Positions 8,877 to 19,514 of a stretch of 64,000 nt of DNA are shown in pieces. A program made the translations under genes and the position numbers. This DNA comes from Fibrobacterales bacterium (GTDB lineage Bacteria > Fibrobacterota > Fibrobacteria > Fibrobacterales > JAOPTW01): contig JAOPTW010000012.1 in NCBI GenBank assembly GCA_051532035.1, positions 51,085 to 115,084 of the forward strand, given 5' to 3'. The notes below the pieces were generated by a model. It made no database searches. It had not been told where the DNA came from and saw only the letters and a list, made by a program, of their open reading frames with translations. Every line of letters begins with the position of its first letter. The first letter of the stretch is position 1.

Positions 8877-9215
8877 AAACCTGAATAGTGTAAGATGGTC
8901 ACACTACACCATCGTAGCTTCGTGTGTAATTTTGCGGGTTTTAAAAATTAATAAAAAACTTACGGGACTGAAAACAGAAACAAATGAGAATTGCAAAGAA
9001 TATTGATAACCCCCGGCCACAGCACACAACACGAAAAGGCATCAATAAATTTCCATAAAGATGAAATTCACTGCTGCCATTTTCGGAACGTTGAACCTCT
9101 AGCACTGGTGGGATATGTTCTACACATAAGCGGGTATGCCCCGATATATATCCATCATACTTTTAGGCTCACAGTAGTAAGAGACACTATTATGAACCTA
9201 TCGAGTTCAATTCTC

Positions 9216-10109
9216 TTACCTAGGATGCGGTATAAAACGAATACTGTTATCCATCATCATAGGAATAATAAACTGATCGCGCTCGGGAATATATTCAAAA
9301 TCGGCTCCAACCGTATTGATTGAAAAGAGTGATGTAGTGTCACCAGTTACCGAAACTTCATAAACCGTTCCCGAAAAATAGTCATTGGTATACAGTGCAC
9401 CGTTTGATGCAGGCTCGAGTCCATCAAGATTACCCAATGGCGTTTGAGTGACTGCGGTAATCTCTTGGGTTGTGAGAGATATTTTAATGATCGATCCAGG
9501 GATAGATGTTTCAAAGCCATTGCCACTAAATGTTCCCCACGATGCAGTCACGAGAGTCTCACCCTCTATATAGAGACCATTAGGATGATCGAGAAGGGGG
9601 TCTTGTATAAAAAGTGTTAGAGAGTCTTGCTCAAGGCGGTACAGAGCATTGCCCATCATATCAGAGACATAGATTTGCCCTGACTGATCAATGGCGAGAT
9701 CATTCAGAAACAGAGCATTACTATTAGGGTATCGTGCTATTATTGCCCCTGTAGGTATATCTATGGCCACAAGAGCGGTAATGTCTGACACATAGAGTGT
9801 GTTCTGATTAATGACCATCCCTTTAGGGGCATTGAGCCCGGTCACCCATGTCGTGTCTATCATTGTGCCGTCCAAAGAGACTTTGGATATGAACCCTTGG
9901 CCATCATGTTCATTGGGTGCGCCTTGCACATTAGAGACATAGAGTAGATTTCGTTCAGAATCGTGAATGACTGATTCAGGAGTATCAAACCCGGTGAGAG
10001 TAGTATCGATCCCTTGAGCAAGGGTAGGCTGTGTTGTTGTGCTGCATCCTGAGATAAGGGCAGTAGTAAGAGTTGTTATAAGTGCGGCTGATCGTATGAA
10101 CGGTATCAT
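9216..10109 (-). CDS. SMP-30/gluconolactonase-like beta-propeller lipoprotein
   Basis: PESV, LNAPKGM, FLND, PNGL and LDG motifs. Lipobox ISGC. GGAGG SD before the ATG at 10109. Confidence 0.8.
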   Translation of the reverse strand: MIPFIRSAALITTLTTALISGCSTTTQPTLAQGIDTTLTGFDTPESVIHDSERNLLYVSNVQGAPNEHDGQGFISKVSLDGTMIDTTWVTGLNAPKGMVINQNTLYVSDITALVAIDIPTGAIIARYPNSNALFLNDLAIDQSGQIYVSDMMGNALYRLEQDSLTLFIQDPLLDHPNGLYIEGETLVTASWGTFSGNGFETSIPGSIIKISLTTQEITAVTQTPLGNLDGLEPASNGALYTNDYFSGTVYEVSVTGDTTSLFSINTVGADFEYIPERDQFIIPMMMDNSIRFIPHPR

Positions 10110-10180
10110 TGTGCCTCCAGTTAAGTATGTTTCTGGAGTAAAGGTACTCAGGTAACCCAATTGAATCTAACGGTGGTGGT

Positions 10181-11050
10181 TTAAAAAATACCGTTTTTAG
10201 CCATTTGTTTTGGGGTGATCCCAAACTCATCTTTAAATCGGGCAATAAAATTGGATAAATTGCGGTAGCCCACAGCGGTACAAATTTCACTGATGTTTTT
10301 TTCGGAATTGACAATCAAGGTACGTGCTTTGTGGAGCCTTTTCATACGGAGCCACTCTCCAGGCGGTTGATTATATATCGCCTTAAACTCCAACTTAAAC
10401 GCTGTGAGACTTTTACCTGCTAGTTTTGCATAGTCCGATACTTGCAGACCTGAGTGGTAGTGATTCTCCATAATTTCACGAATGTTAAATCCTTTGTTTT
10501 CTCGGGTTGTTAAGAGGAGCTGTACAAAGTCAGGATTGGTTGTGTCGTTACAGAGAGTATGGAGCAGTTCAGTTATTTTGAGGGGGAGAATAGCACTCAC
10601 ATCCATATCTGGTTGGTTTAGATAGGGGAGAATTGAGTGGAGAAACCCTTGGAGTGCGGGCGTCACTGTAATCTTAAAGCCAGAACGGGGTTCCGGTACA
10701 TCCTTAAGGTTGGTTGTGTCTTTGAGCTGTTCAATGAAGGTGTTTATAAAGTGGGGTTGGATAAAAAAGACGAGACTCGAAAAATGCTGAGTGTTGTTGA
10801 GCACTTCCGCCATGCCATAGACCCCACGATTGAGAAAAAAGGCATCTCCGGCCTTTGCGTGAATAGTCGTATCTTGAAGCGTAATAATCTTCTCTCCCTC
10901 TTGTATAATACAAAAGAGGTAGCATGAGAGACTAATGTCGAAGGTGGCTTTAAATGGAGCGTCTGTTCTACGGTACTGTACGACAGTACAACCTTCTAAT
11001 TCGAGGGTGCCAAAAGACGGTGGGTTGAAATACTCAGGGAGTTTAAACAT
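10181..11050 (-). CDS. AraC-family transcriptional regulator
   Basis: C-terminal double HTH (AKLAGKSLTAFK...ISEICTAVGYRNLSNFIARFKDEFGITP). Confidence 0.92.
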   Translation of the reverse strand: MFKLPEYFNPPSFGTLELEGCTVVQYRRTDAPFKATFDISLSCYLFCIIQEGEKIITLQDTTIHAKAGDAFFLNRGVYGMAEVLNNTQHFSSLVFFIQPHFINTFIEQLKDTTNLKDVPEPRSGFKITVTPALQGFLHSILPYLNQPDMDVSAILPLKITELLHTLCNDTTNPDFVQLLLTTRENKGFNIREIMENHYHSGLQVSDYAKLAGKSLTAFKLEFKAIYNQPPGEWLRMKRLHKARTLIVNSEKNISEICTAVGYRNLSNFIARFKDEFGITPKQMAKNGIF

Positions 11051-11271
11051 TGGCTCTTTTTACTATCGAAGATTCGTTAAAAGTAGTCAATGATAGGTTG
11101 ATAGAGTAGTGGTGAAGAATGTTTTTACTTAAACACCTTCTTAAACGAAAACATAGATGCCTACTGTTTTATGCCTATTGGTTCGATGCTGACTTAACTA
11201 AAATTATTTACAGAACAATGAAAGTGAATTAATGGTACTCCACAATACATTTCAACATACAAAGGCATATA

Positions 11272-12180
11272 ATGATATTGAGTAAGATGATAATAACGGG
11301 ATTAGTGGTGTTGTCGTGTTTATACACAAATGGTATGAGTCAAGAAACGGGTAAATATATAAGGCAAACAAGAACCTTGGGAGCCTTAACACTGCCCGAG
11401 GGTTTACCAATAGTAAAGGAAATCAAGTGGTGGAATGATCCAGCCCTCAGTACGAGTCATACCTTGATAATTTCTTCGGGTGGTGCAGAATATACAACGT
11501 ATCTTGCAAAAAATAGACTGACTCAAAAAATTGAATTTAAAAAGGATTGGTTAAAGTTTACGTATTACAAATTAACCAATTTGAGGTATCTCTATACTGA
11601 TTTTTATGATGATGTACGTTATTTTGCCAAAAGAGTCCGTGAAGAAAATATTCAAAAGTCAGTTTTTGCAGTTTCTACAGATCCTACATTTGACCTTACT
11701 AGTGGACTGGCTGATAGTGATATATTTCCTCTTAATGAGGATTTCTTTCATCCGAGTGCTTATACCCTTGCAAGTAGAATTAATTTTGCTGCAGGCAAAA
11801 TGCCTGCTGATAGAAAAATTATCCTCGTGGGCAAAGGTATGGGGGGCTGTCAAATGATGAAGGCGGCTAATAAACTCCAGGGAACTCTCGATATAGATCA
11901 ACTCATACTTGTTGATGCATCGTGTACTTTGGATAAGCATGTATCAGAATATAAAAACATCAATTCAAATGTAAAAGAAGCCTTCTCGTTTTATCAGAGA
12001 TCAAGGTTTCAGCTTCAAAGTGGATACCCCATATTACAAAATGGCCATCAGTTAAGAGAAAACACAGATGTGTCAAATGGTTTTTGTCCAAAGGTGAGTC
12101 ATGCAGAGATAGATACGTGTGAACCACTTCTCCATATCATGTCATATCTTTCTATGAGAATCATTCATGATGCTCCATAA
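11272..12180 (+). CDS. Secreted alpha/beta-hydrolase-fold protein with atypical nucleophile elbow
   Basis: Signal-like N-terminus. IILVGKGMGG, LILVDA and C-terminal SHAEID. Confidence 0.5.
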   Translation: MILSKMIITGLVVLSCLYTNGMSQETGKYIRQTRTLGALTLPEGLPIVKEIKWWNDPALSTSHTLIISSGGAEYTTYLAKNRLTQKIEFKKDWLKFTYYKLTNLRYLYTDFYDDVRYFAKRVREENIQKSVFAVSTDPTFDLTSGLADSDIFPLNEDFFHPSAYTLASRINFAAGKMPADRKIILVGKGMGGCQMMKAANKLQGTLDIDQLILVDASCTLDKHVSEYKNINSNVKEAFSFYQRSRFQLQSGYPILQNGHQLRENTDVSNGFCPKVSHAEIDTCEPLLHIMSYLSMRIIHDAP

Positions 12181-12230
12181 TAGAAGCTTGATTACATAAT
12201 GTAATAGAACTATTAATAACATATCAATAC

Positions 12231-12268
12231 GCGAGCTCATTACTGGTGAGTAAATATACTGAGCTCGC
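12231..12268 (+). terminator. Hairpin downstream of 11272-12180
   Basis: GCGAGCTCA...TGAGCTCGC inverted repeat. No clear U tract. Confidence 0.35.
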
Positions 12269-12341
12269 ATACAAATTTGGTATACGAAACCCCCATAATC
12301 ACCACTATTGGTCTACGAAATAAAATCTGATTCAGGCAACA

Positions 12342-12357
12342 TGTGATGCCTGTCACA
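12342..12357. promoter_or_regulatory. CRP-type box
   Basis: TGTGA-TGCCTG-TCACA, intergenic. Confidence 0.6.
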
Positions 12358-12605
12358 GACAAAAATTTAAAAAATGAGTATAGGGAAACAGCAGAGTTGG
12401 ATAATTATTGTAGAGTGATAGGGTGAAAACGTTCTTTTTAGCCCCTCAAGCCAGTTTTTATACCGCCTCATACCCGTTGGGGACCCCATGCACAACTTTG
12501 TAATTTTTTTGCTACTTTTCCGGACGTATGGGATACACCTGAACAACAGACGCACACATTACCTAGATGTTTGTTTGTCTGTTTCAGTATTTTGAGGATA
12601 TTTTA

Positions 12606-15074
12606 ATGAAAAATTTTGCTTTCTTTGCGGGGATTTTATTCGTATCGCTATTACTCATGGTTTTTTCTGGATGTATTGGCTCAAATGATTCCGGTACGGT
12701 TTCAAGAGACTATAGTATACGGGTTTCAAGTGAATTTCCTCTTGATAGTATTGTGTTTGATTATACTGTGGGTGATGTGGCATATCGTGCATCATATATT
12801 GGTTCTGGTTTTGTCCAAATCAAGACCGATACAAATTACGAAGTATCTCACACTATTATATTGAGTGGCCCTTCAGATAAGGCTGTAGTCCAAATGGAGT
12901 ATATTGGCTATTCTCAAGGGTTTCCAGTCATTGGTATCTCTCGATCATTTGTACTTTCAGATAAAACTATTCCAGCCGTATCTATTACCAAATATCCTTT
13001 TATAGATGTACTTAATGACTATGAATCGAGCACGTCTGAATTAACCAAGTCGGCACTCCTTGATTCATTGGTATTGGCCGCTGCAGTGACTGCATCTGAT
13101 TCGGTTGCTCAAGTAATTATTGCCACGTATGTAACTATGGATGGCGTTGTAGAAGAGACTTTCGTTACTCAGTTATATGATCTATTAGACGCAACCTACG
13201 ATGCGAACATCGCACTGGAAATAGTAAAAGAGAGAGTGCCCGAAGGGATTAATGTGGAAGAAATTCTTGCAGAAGTTACTTCTTCGAGCCAAGCCTCTGG
13301 CGACCCAGACCCAATAGTTTCATCGAGTGAAGAGGTGCCGAGTGTATCTTCAGAGGTTACTCATACTTCTGAAAGCTCTTCTGCACCAGTATCGAGTAGT
13401 GTGGCACCATCTTCATCTGTGACTTTATCAAGCAGTTCGGTTGTGTTATCAAGCTCTGAAGAGCTTTCCAGTAGTATTGCAGTCGAGTCAAGTTCTGTTG
13501 AGATCTATTCATCTGAAGAGGTGATTAAATATACCCTTACTATTGTATCTGAAGACGACAGTAAACTCACGGTTTCTCCTGCAAGTTATGAGGTTGATAA
13601 TGTCGTGAGTACAGAAGTTGCTGTTACAGTAATGGGAGTGGGGGGCAACACCTTTAACGCTTGGGATATTTCAAGCAATTGTGCAATTAATCAGCAAATT
13701 CCTTTAATAGTGAGTTGTACGGGTGATGGAACCGTTACAGCTCTTTATGTTCCCATAGCAGTAGCCGATGTGAGCATTCAGGGAGGCCTGATCCACACAC
13801 TTTCTCCAACTGACGAGACTTTAACGCTTGTAGCCGAATTGAGCCCTCAAAATGCAAGTAACCAAGAGGTGGACTGGAACTCACAAAACAATGCTGTAGC
13901 AACGGTAGATAGCGAAGGGGTGGTTACAGCTCGTGGTATTGGCTCCACAACAGTAACTGTTACGAGTAAAGATAATAATAGCTTATCATATAATACAGTA
14001 ATCCGAGTAGCGTCATTTGACGCTGTTTATAATAGCGGTGTGAGTAATGTGTTCTCAACAGCAACATTGGGTGATGGTACTTATGTTGTTGCGTATAGTA
14101 CGGGGACATCAGGAAATGAAAAAGGGGTGTTCGATTTGTATTCCCCAGAAGGGATACAGTTGGGAGGGAGCCATGAGTTTATAATTACAAAACCCTATGA
14201 TATTAAGGTGACAAAGGCTTCTGAAGAGAGATTTGCTATTGTGTATCAGGCAGAGTATAATACGAACTCGATGCTAGAGACAACATTTAAGCTTTTTGAG
14301 AATGACGGAACATTTGTGTTAGAAAGATTTATCCGTGATGCCCCGTCTACTTTAATGCCTGTCTCTTCATTGGGTGATAATGGCTTTGTGGTTGGTCATT
14401 ACTTTGAACAAAATGACCCAGCCAAGGATGACGATAATCGGCTCTATTTTTATGATAAAAATGGAAATACACAAGTTGGTTTCTTTCCTTTTAGAAGTTA
14501 TAATGGGGTGGCATATGCTTTGGATGTATTGGAAAATGGCAACGTAGTTTTGGGGTGTGATGCTACTCCAACATCGTATGCTCGTAGTTTAAAAATTATT
14601 AATACTTATGATTTTGGTACAATAGATAAGGAAATTTGGTTACATGCAAAAGAAACGTATGGCTTGGATATTGCAACTCTCTCGACCGGAGACTTTGTGT
14701 TAGTTTATCATGCCGCCGATATAACGTACCCAACCATACGGCTGTTTAATATTGATGGTGATGAAATCGGAAGTGCACGAACAATAAATAACTCATCGTT
14801 AGTTGCAACTAATATTACCGTCAAAGCTTTAAGTAATGGTAAGTTTGCTTTGTCATTTATTGACTCGGTTACTCAACAAGCATATTGGTCAGTAATCTAT
14901 CAAAATATTGTAAATGTTCATGATAAAATATACTATGAAAAAATTTCTACAGACCAAATTACTAAGCTTTCTATGACGACTCTTGATAACGATAATGTTG
15001 TTTTTATGTATGATACTCCAAATGAAAGTATCATGAAAATAATCAAGACGGACTATTATATACCGGGAGATTGA
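12606..15074 (+). CDS. Lipoprotein with Ser-rich linker, Big_2 Ig-like domain and repeat-like C-terminal region
   Basis: Lipobox FSGC. LSPQNASNQEVDWNSQNNAVATVDSEGVVTA is Big_2-like. GAGGA SD before the ATG at 12606. Confidence 0.75.
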   Translation: MKNFAFFAGILFVSLLLMVFSGCIGSNDSGTVSRDYSIRVSSEFPLDSIVFDYTVGDVAYRASYIGSGFVQIKTDTNYEVSHTIILSGPSDKAVVQMEYIGYSQGFPVIGISRSFVLSDKTIPAVSITKYPFIDVLNDYESSTSELTKSALLDSLVLAAAVTASDSVAQVIIATYVTMDGVVEETFVTQLYDLLDATYDANIALEIVKERVPEGINVEEILAEVTSSSQASGDPDPIVSSSEEVPSVSSEVTHTSESSSAPVSSSVAPSSSVTLSSSSVVLSSSEELSSSIAVESSSVEIYSSEEVIKYTLTIVSEDDSKLTVSPASYEVDNVVSTEVAVTVMGVGGNTFNAWDISSNCAINQQIPLIVSCTGDGTVTALYVPIAVADVSIQGGLIHTLSPTDETLTLVAELSPQNASNQEVDWNSQNNAVATVDSEGVVTARGIGSTTVTVTSKDNNSLSYNTVIRVASFDAVYNSGVSNVFSTATLGDGTYVVAYSTGTSGNEKGVFDLYSPEGIQLGGSHEFIITKPYDIKVTKASEERFAIVYQAEYNTNSMLETTFKLFENDGTFVLERFIRDAPSTLMPVSSLGDNGFVVGHYFEQNDPAKDDDNRLYFYDKNGNTQVGFFPFRSYNGVAYALDVLENGNVVLGCDATPTSYARSLKIINTYDFGTIDKEIWLHAKETYGLDIATLSTGDFVLVYHAADITYPTIRLFNIDGDEIGSARTINNSSLVATNITVKALSNGKFALSFIDSVTQQAYWSVIYQNIVNVHDKIYYEKISTDQITKLSMTTLDNDNVVFMYDTPNESIMKIIKTDYYIPGD

Positions 15075-15121
15075 GTACACTGAAATGGCTTTTATTTATT
15101 CATCTAGGTTCAACTACAGTA

Positions 15122-15439
15122 TCAGTTCAGTTGATCTATCCATTGAGTAAATCTATAGTATAAGACATTGGCTGGGTCGTCAAAAGGCGGTTCTTTTTTA
15201 TGAGGGCCCGCTGCCTTAAGGTTTTCGAGCACTTGGGTGGCGTCACCCAAATGAAGGTAGATGATCGCTCTATCAAAGTAATAGTCTAAGTTTTCTGCAC
15301 AGACAATAGCCAGAATATCATAAATTTTAAGTGCGGCATACCAGTTATCCTCATTGTAGAGTTCTTCTGCTTCAAGCTCAAGGGCCTCCCAATAATCAAA
15401 ATGGATGGTGTCGTCGTCAATGTACATTGGTATCCTCAA
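15122..15439 (-). CDS. Small TPR-like protein
   Basis: Helical repeat YYFDRAIIYLHLGD...LENLKAA. Confidence 0.5.
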   Translation of the reverse strand: MRIPMYIDDDTIHFDYWEALELEAEELYNEDNWYAALKIYDILAIVCAENLDYYFDRAIIYLHLGDATQVLENLKAAGPHKKEPPFDDPANVLYYRFTQWIDQLN

Positions 15440-15514
15440 TAAACTATAATGTTGCCTATTAGACGATTCAAAAGTGAATGAGGTAACCTGTTGAGTGAAA
15501 AAGATTCAAATAGT

Positions 15515-17389
15515 CTAACGATCCAAAAAATCACCTTCATTAGGGAATGTCCCAAAATGAGCGGGTACATCACCGAAGTAGTCGTAGGTGAATAGGACGT
15601 ATACCTTACCTTCACTTCCTGGACTCGTCATAAATTCTATGACATGGGTCAAACGTCCATCATCGTCATAATTATATTGCGCCTGTCCTTTCCACAGTAA
15701 GTCGTCGTCAAAGCTATTGCGAAGGACTCGATTGGTGCCGTTATATTCATATATTTCCGCAATAAATTTCTCCCAGTATTGGGATTCACCTGTTTTGTGG
15801 GATACTTTATTGTCAGCAGTATAGTGATAGCGATACTCATAATCAGGATTATCAATATCACAGGCAACACTAATGAGCTCAGCGACAATGAGGGAATCAT
15901 CGTTGCGGGTTACATATTTACATTGTTTCTCTATTCCTGTTGAATCAAGAAGGTATTTACCCATGGTGTTATTGGTGTGGTCATAATAGATCGAGTTAGG
16001 ATCCCAGGGAATCATGCAGTAGCGTTTCTCGATCATTTGACCACTGGTATTGTAGTCGTACTCATCCCAAAAATTAAGAGTGTCACCACCACAGGGGTCT
16101 GAATAGGTCTCTTTGCGGTTCAGCAAGCCATCACCATTATATTCATAGGTATAATAGTGCTGAAAGGTGGTGGTGCTTGTCTCAAAAACATGTTCAAAAG
16201 AGCGGGTTTCAATAACGAGCCCTTCAGCATTAATAATCTTGTCTGTAATCCAAAGGCGTTCTCCTAAACTATGAGGCCCTTGCAGTGATGATCGTATAAT
16301 ACTATAGGTACCATCATCGTACAAGTTAAAGGATTTGTCGGGGCAGATGTCACTATAGTCGGGCCACTTAGGTTTTTCAAGTTGTGGAATATGACCAATA
16401 TCTTTAGGGTAGGTTTTTACCTTATAGACTTCATCAAAGGGGGCGGAGCTAGAGGATGATCGATCGGTCTCTTCATTTTCTGAACTACTTGTATCATCTA
16501 ATGATTCCTCAGGTATTTCGTTAGAAGAAGACGATGCAGTAACATCATTTGACAGGGGAGGCTGTTCACTACTTAAATCTACACTGCTCTGGTCATCACC
16601 TTCAGGAGTATCACTGCTGAGTGTCTCATCAATATCAGTAATAATGCTGCTGAGTACGGTGTCGACCGGTGTTCCATGGATACAGCGTATATGAGAGATG
16701 TACCCTTTGTTTCCCGACCGCACTTCGAGTTTTTGATCGTTATCACTAATGTAAGTCCGGTAGGATGCGAGATCCCATGTGTTGTCTGCTACCCACCATG
16801 AGGTATAGCCTTTCTCACGTGATTGTATTTGCCAGATTTCGGGGAGTGCCGCAAAATTAAAACTATCTTCGCCTTTTTCAAAATTCCAGCCCACTGTATA
16901 TTTGATATGTTTTGCGATTTCTGTAGAGTCAGGGTATCGGTCAAGGATAGTCTCTGCAAGAATAGTCCAATCACTCCGTGCCGGTATACGCCAGCCATCA
17001 GGGCAAATGCCTTGGTGATCATAGGGGTCTTCTATTGCTTTACGTTTATAGGCAGAAGAGTCGAGATCCATTGCGGTATGATAGGAATAGACCCGTCCAA
17101 ATGAGGCACAGACCTCTTTGTCAAGATCGAAACAGACCACTTGGTTTTCTGTTGTATCATCGGGAGTTTTAAAGGCGAGGTTTTCGGCCATCCATCGTTG
17201 TTCACCAATGCGTACCCACGGATAACGAATACCATCTCTTTCGTCAGTAACGGTACCTGTATCACCAGAGAGATACACTTCTGTAGTTGCTTCATGGGAG
17301 CTTGAGGTGTCAAGTTCTTCAGAGTTTATGTTTTTATCGCATCCCATAGAGAGAAGCGATACAATAATTGTAATAATGGTGTATTTCAT
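15515..17389 (-). CDS. FISUMP (Fib_succ_major) lipoprotein with C-terminal YD-like repeats
   Basis: DERDG..Y..VRIGEQRWMAENL, GICPDGWRIP and HIRCI. The C-terminal part has YEYNGDG, YDYNTSG and YNYDDDGRL repeats. Confidence 0.8.
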   Translation of the reverse strand: MKYTIITIIVSLLSMGCDKNINSEELDTSSSHEATTEVYLSGDTGTVTDERDGIRYPWVRIGEQRWMAENLAFKTPDDTTENQVVCFDLDKEVCASFGRVYSYHTAMDLDSSAYKRKAIEDPYDHQGICPDGWRIPARSDWTILAETILDRYPDSTEIAKHIKYTVGWNFEKGEDSFNFAALPEIWQIQSREKGYTSWWVADNTWDLASYRTYISDNDQKLEVRSGNKGYISHIRCIHGTPVDTVLSSIITDIDETLSSDTPEGDDQSSVDLSSEQPPLSNDVTASSSSNEIPEESLDDTSSSENEETDRSSSSSAPFDEVYKVKTYPKDIGHIPQLEKPKWPDYSDICPDKSFNLYDDGTYSIIRSSLQGPHSLGERLWITDKIINAEGLVIETRSFEHVFETSTTTFQHYYTYEYNGDGLLNRKETYSDPCGGDTLNFWDEYDYNTSGQMIEKRYCMIPWDPNSIYYDHTNNTMGKYLLDSTGIEKQCKYVTRNDDSLIVAELISVACDIDNPDYEYRYHYTADNKVSHKTGESQYWEKFIAEIYEYNGTNRVLRNSFDDDLLWKGQAQYNYDDDGRLTHVIEFMTSPGSEGKVYVLFTYDYFGDVPAHFGTFPNEGDFLDR

Positions 17390-17603
17390 AGGGCCACAGG
17401 TGTAGGGTAAAGTGGATAGATCGGTGTCTCAATGGGTGAAATATAATAAAGTGGTGATAGATTGTAGTAGGCATGCTTTATTAGGGTCTGTAATTTAGTC
17501 AAAAATGGAGGATACTAGTACTCGGCGTGCTTACTTATAGGAAACATTATTAAGATCGAGACGCTTTACTACATTTATAACTCATTCAGCTTGGGGCACT
17601 CAT

Positions 17604-19349
17604 ATGAAAAGTATTATTATGTATAGTTTGTGGATCGCACTTTGTTGTAGTGGGTGTAGTTCTCTGTTTGGGACTCAAGATTCTGAGTCTGCTGCACTCT
17701 CTCAAGAAGCTTTATCGAGTGCCGAGTATACAAATAATTCTGACACTGTCTTTTATTTACGCAATATCGAAGGGGGAGGTTCATTTGAAAGTGCCCCAGA
17801 ATTGTCGTCGGACGACGAGTACGGCAGCTCTGAACAGAGTCACGTTGGTGATGATGAACTCTATCTGTTTAATGGGACGTATCTCCCTGAATCAACAGAG
17901 TATGAGGAGATTTTTGTTGATAACTATAATTCGGTTTTCCAATCATTACGAGAATTGAATGATGATATTCTTCCTCAAGACTCTTTTAGAGCATTTTATT
18001 TTAACGGTACCTACGACCACCCAAGAATATGGAGTAGAGTTGTTCAAAACCCATGGCGCTTTTATCGTGACAGCTTTTTTAATAATATTCACCCTAAGAA
18101 ATTTAGTGCTTTTTATGCAGGTCTCTTTACCTTTTCTGAGGAGGAGTTGTATCAATTTCATGTTGAACAAGGGAATGCTTTAGCACTTATTCGGATAGAT
18201 GGAGAGGTCGTCTATGATGGTTCAGTAGAAGATGATCCTTTTGTACATAGCTTTAAAGCAGGTACGCATAGAATTGAGTGTGAGATTCATATTGACACTG
18301 CCTACGGTGAAGGCTCTGTATTTGTTACAGAAGTGAGCACTGTTAATTATTTAATATGGTTTACCCCTATTCAAGAAAAAGTGTCAATGAGTACCATTCA
18401 AAAATTTCGTGCAGAGCATCCCAAGGCAAAGCTGTGGTATGTGGGTGCTACGCCCAATGAACGGTCTCGCAATAGAATTGAATTAGTTAATACACGACTC
18501 AATCAAGAGGCGATTATATTCTTAACGAGTGCTAAAGAAGTAGAGTGGGATTTTAATTTTTCTCAGATGGATTATATTAAGGGGATTGTTGTTTCTAGTC
18601 ATATGGGGCAACCTACTGTGATAAATATTCCTGATGATATACCGATCTATTACATCGATGCATTTCCTTTACTCACTAATATGGAACAATTGTGTTTAAG
18701 TGAATATTGTCCCTCTAACCCATTTAAAAAGACTCTTATAGATATCGTGTCAGATTATAATTTAGTATTTCACTATTTTTGTGGATCCATAAGAGGAGAG
18801 CATGTTGAAATTCCACGTACACAACTCAGTGGTGATGCCTATATAATAGAAGAGCAAGATACCCTAACCAGAATAACTGCCGAAGAAGTTGCCGCACGAA
18901 GAAAAGCAACTATTTATATGGATTTGGATGACCCAGAGACCTTTGGAGATCGAATATATGACCCTGGGTATGGTGTGCCGACTGATAAATTTGAAAATTA
19001 TTATTTCAATTATGCTATTGAAAAAACAGGGCTTCTCACGAGATCGATGAGTGAAATTAAACTGGATCATAATTACTGGAATGACTATCAAGGGTTCCCT
19101 GTTGATCAGTTTGCTTCGTACTGGCGTCGAGATTATGAGTTCTTTTCCGATACCACTCTCTATCTGAGAGCTCAGCATACCAATGCTGATGTACGGATTC
19201 TTGTAGATAAAAAGGTGGTTTATAAAGAGTATGGGAATGGCCTTGGAGTGGTGCATTCTTTTAAACGGGGGCGCCATACTTTGGAGATTGAATATATTAA
19301 TCGATCCGAGGAGTGTCAGTTTGAGTTTAAGCTTGAGTCTGTTGAGTAG
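17604..19349 (+). CDS. Lipoprotein with two PA14-like domains
   Basis: Lipobox CSGC. FSAFYAG.F...IRIDG...FKAGTHRIE and FASYW...VRILVD...FKRGRHTLEIEY. Confidence 0.6.
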   Translation: MKSIIMYSLWIALCCSGCSSLFGTQDSESAALSQEALSSAEYTNNSDTVFYLRNIEGGGSFESAPELSSDDEYGSSEQSHVGDDELYLFNGTYLPESTEYEEIFVDNYNSVFQSLRELNDDILPQDSFRAFYFNGTYDHPRIWSRVVQNPWRFYRDSFFNNIHPKKFSAFYAGLFTFSEEELYQFHVEQGNALALIRIDGEVVYDGSVEDDPFVHSFKAGTHRIECEIHIDTAYGEGSVFVTEVSTVNYLIWFTPIQEKVSMSTIQKFRAEHPKAKLWYVGATPNERSRNRIELVNTRLNQEAIIFLTSAKEVEWDFNFSQMDYIKGIVVSSHMGQPTVINIPDDIPIYYIDAFPLLTNMEQLCLSEYCPSNPFKKTLIDIVSDYNLVFHYFCGSIRGEHVEIPRTQLSGDAYIIEEQDTLTRITAEEVAARRKATIYMDLDDPETFGDRIYDPGYGVPTDKFENYYFNYAIEKTGLLTRSMSEIKLDHNYWNDYQGFPVDQFASYWRRDYEFFSDTTLYLRAQHTNADVRILVDKKVVYKEYGNGLGVVHSFKRGRHTLEIEYINRSEECQFEFKLESVE

Positions 19350-19358
19350 AATAAAGTA

Positions 19359-19378
19359 CTGTGACTCTCCTGTCACAG
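19359..19378. promoter_or_regulatory. Perfect inverted repeat (CRP-like half-sites with N8 spacing, or a hairpin)
   Basis: CTGTGAC-TCTCCT-GTCACAG. Confidence 0.35.
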
Positions 19379-19514
19379 AAACCCCCTTTAGTTTTTTGTA
19401 GAATTTTGTACACAATAAGTGAACGGAATCTTCAGTTCAACACCCCCTAAATAGGGGAGATAACACTCTATTAGCTAGATTTCCCCTTTTACTATGCTTT
19501 TAAAAGGGGTTATT

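Noticed and set aside
8990..9030. tRNA/tmRNA 3' end as island att site (AACCCCCGGCCAC)
   Set aside because: No T-loop (GTTCGA), no CCA end and no cloverleaf on either strand.
8991..9323. ORF-track 110-aa ORF and the many short antisense or nested ORFs throughout the window
   Set aside because: They overlap well-supported genes, lack SD or family motifs, and often just mirror Ser-rich sense sequence.
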